53,736 nt of DNA from a virus (lineage: Duplodnaviria > Caudoviricetes). The position numbers and the translations under genes were made by a program. The notes below the pieces were generated by a model, which was not told where the DNA came from, ran no database searches, and worked only from the letters and a program-made list of their open reading frames with translations. This document shows, one piece after another, positions 53,665 to 53,736 of this stretch; within the stretch, counting starts at the first letter, position 1, and every line of letters starts with the position of its first letter. The stretch is taken from positions 1 through 53,736 of the IMG/VR virus record IMGVR_UViG_3300037485_000603. One strand, 5' to 3'.

Positions 53665-53736
53665 TCAAGCCAGCGTGAAGATTGCCCCAGGCGTGGTATT
53701 CGAGAACTTGACGGTGAACGTCTCACCGTCAGCCAG
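53665..53736 (-). CDS. 3' end of a virion structural gene (truncated by the window edge)
   Basis: ...LADGETFTVKFSNTTPGAIFTLA*. Confidence 0.55.
   Translation of the reverse strand: MADGETFTVKFSNTTPGAIFTLA

Noticed and set aside
1-53736. Stop-codon reassignment or prophage boundaries
   Set aside because: Genes are intact under the standard code; no host genes, integrase or att sites are visible

Overview
This window is most of a GC-rich (roughly 58-60% by eye) tailed dsDNA phage genome of podovirus-like organisation. The host is unknown; Betaproteobacteria is only an inference. Layout: (1) G/C-tract end region, terminase small subunit-like gene (-) and an intergenic DnaA-box cluster; (2) a + strand early operon encoding a SprT-like protease, MoxR-type AAA ATPase, VWA protein, stand-alone sigma70 region 4 and a bL12-like domain protein; (3) a - strand replication block with a T7 gp4/Twinkle-type primase-helicase and RusA; (4) a control region at about 9750-10750 with back-to-back promoters driving a highly structured ~440-nt RNA and a small anti-Shine-Dalgarno RNA; (5) a + strand recombination/accessory block with a Cas4-like nuclease, DUF1071/Sak, SSB, MazG and many small mosaic ORFs; (6) a 33-kb - strand virion/lysis block with a 3358-aa polyvalent protein, putative ejection proteins, tail proteins, lysozyme, a cluster of small basic proteins sharing peptide tags, and a repetitive 1498-aa fibre. 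Large terminase, portal, capsid, DNA polymerase, integrase, tRNAs and CRISPR arrays were not seen in the window. The strongest unexplained signals are a genome-wide ~10-fold excess of GTTTACA/TGTAAAC, the paired RNAs at about 9.75-10.34 kb, the shared [YF]AxGG and RGxGxAxRG tags on late proteins, the SLR[DE]-linked cassettes in the giant protein, and the DnaA-box cluster. All domain calls come from motif recognition by eye; no searches were run.
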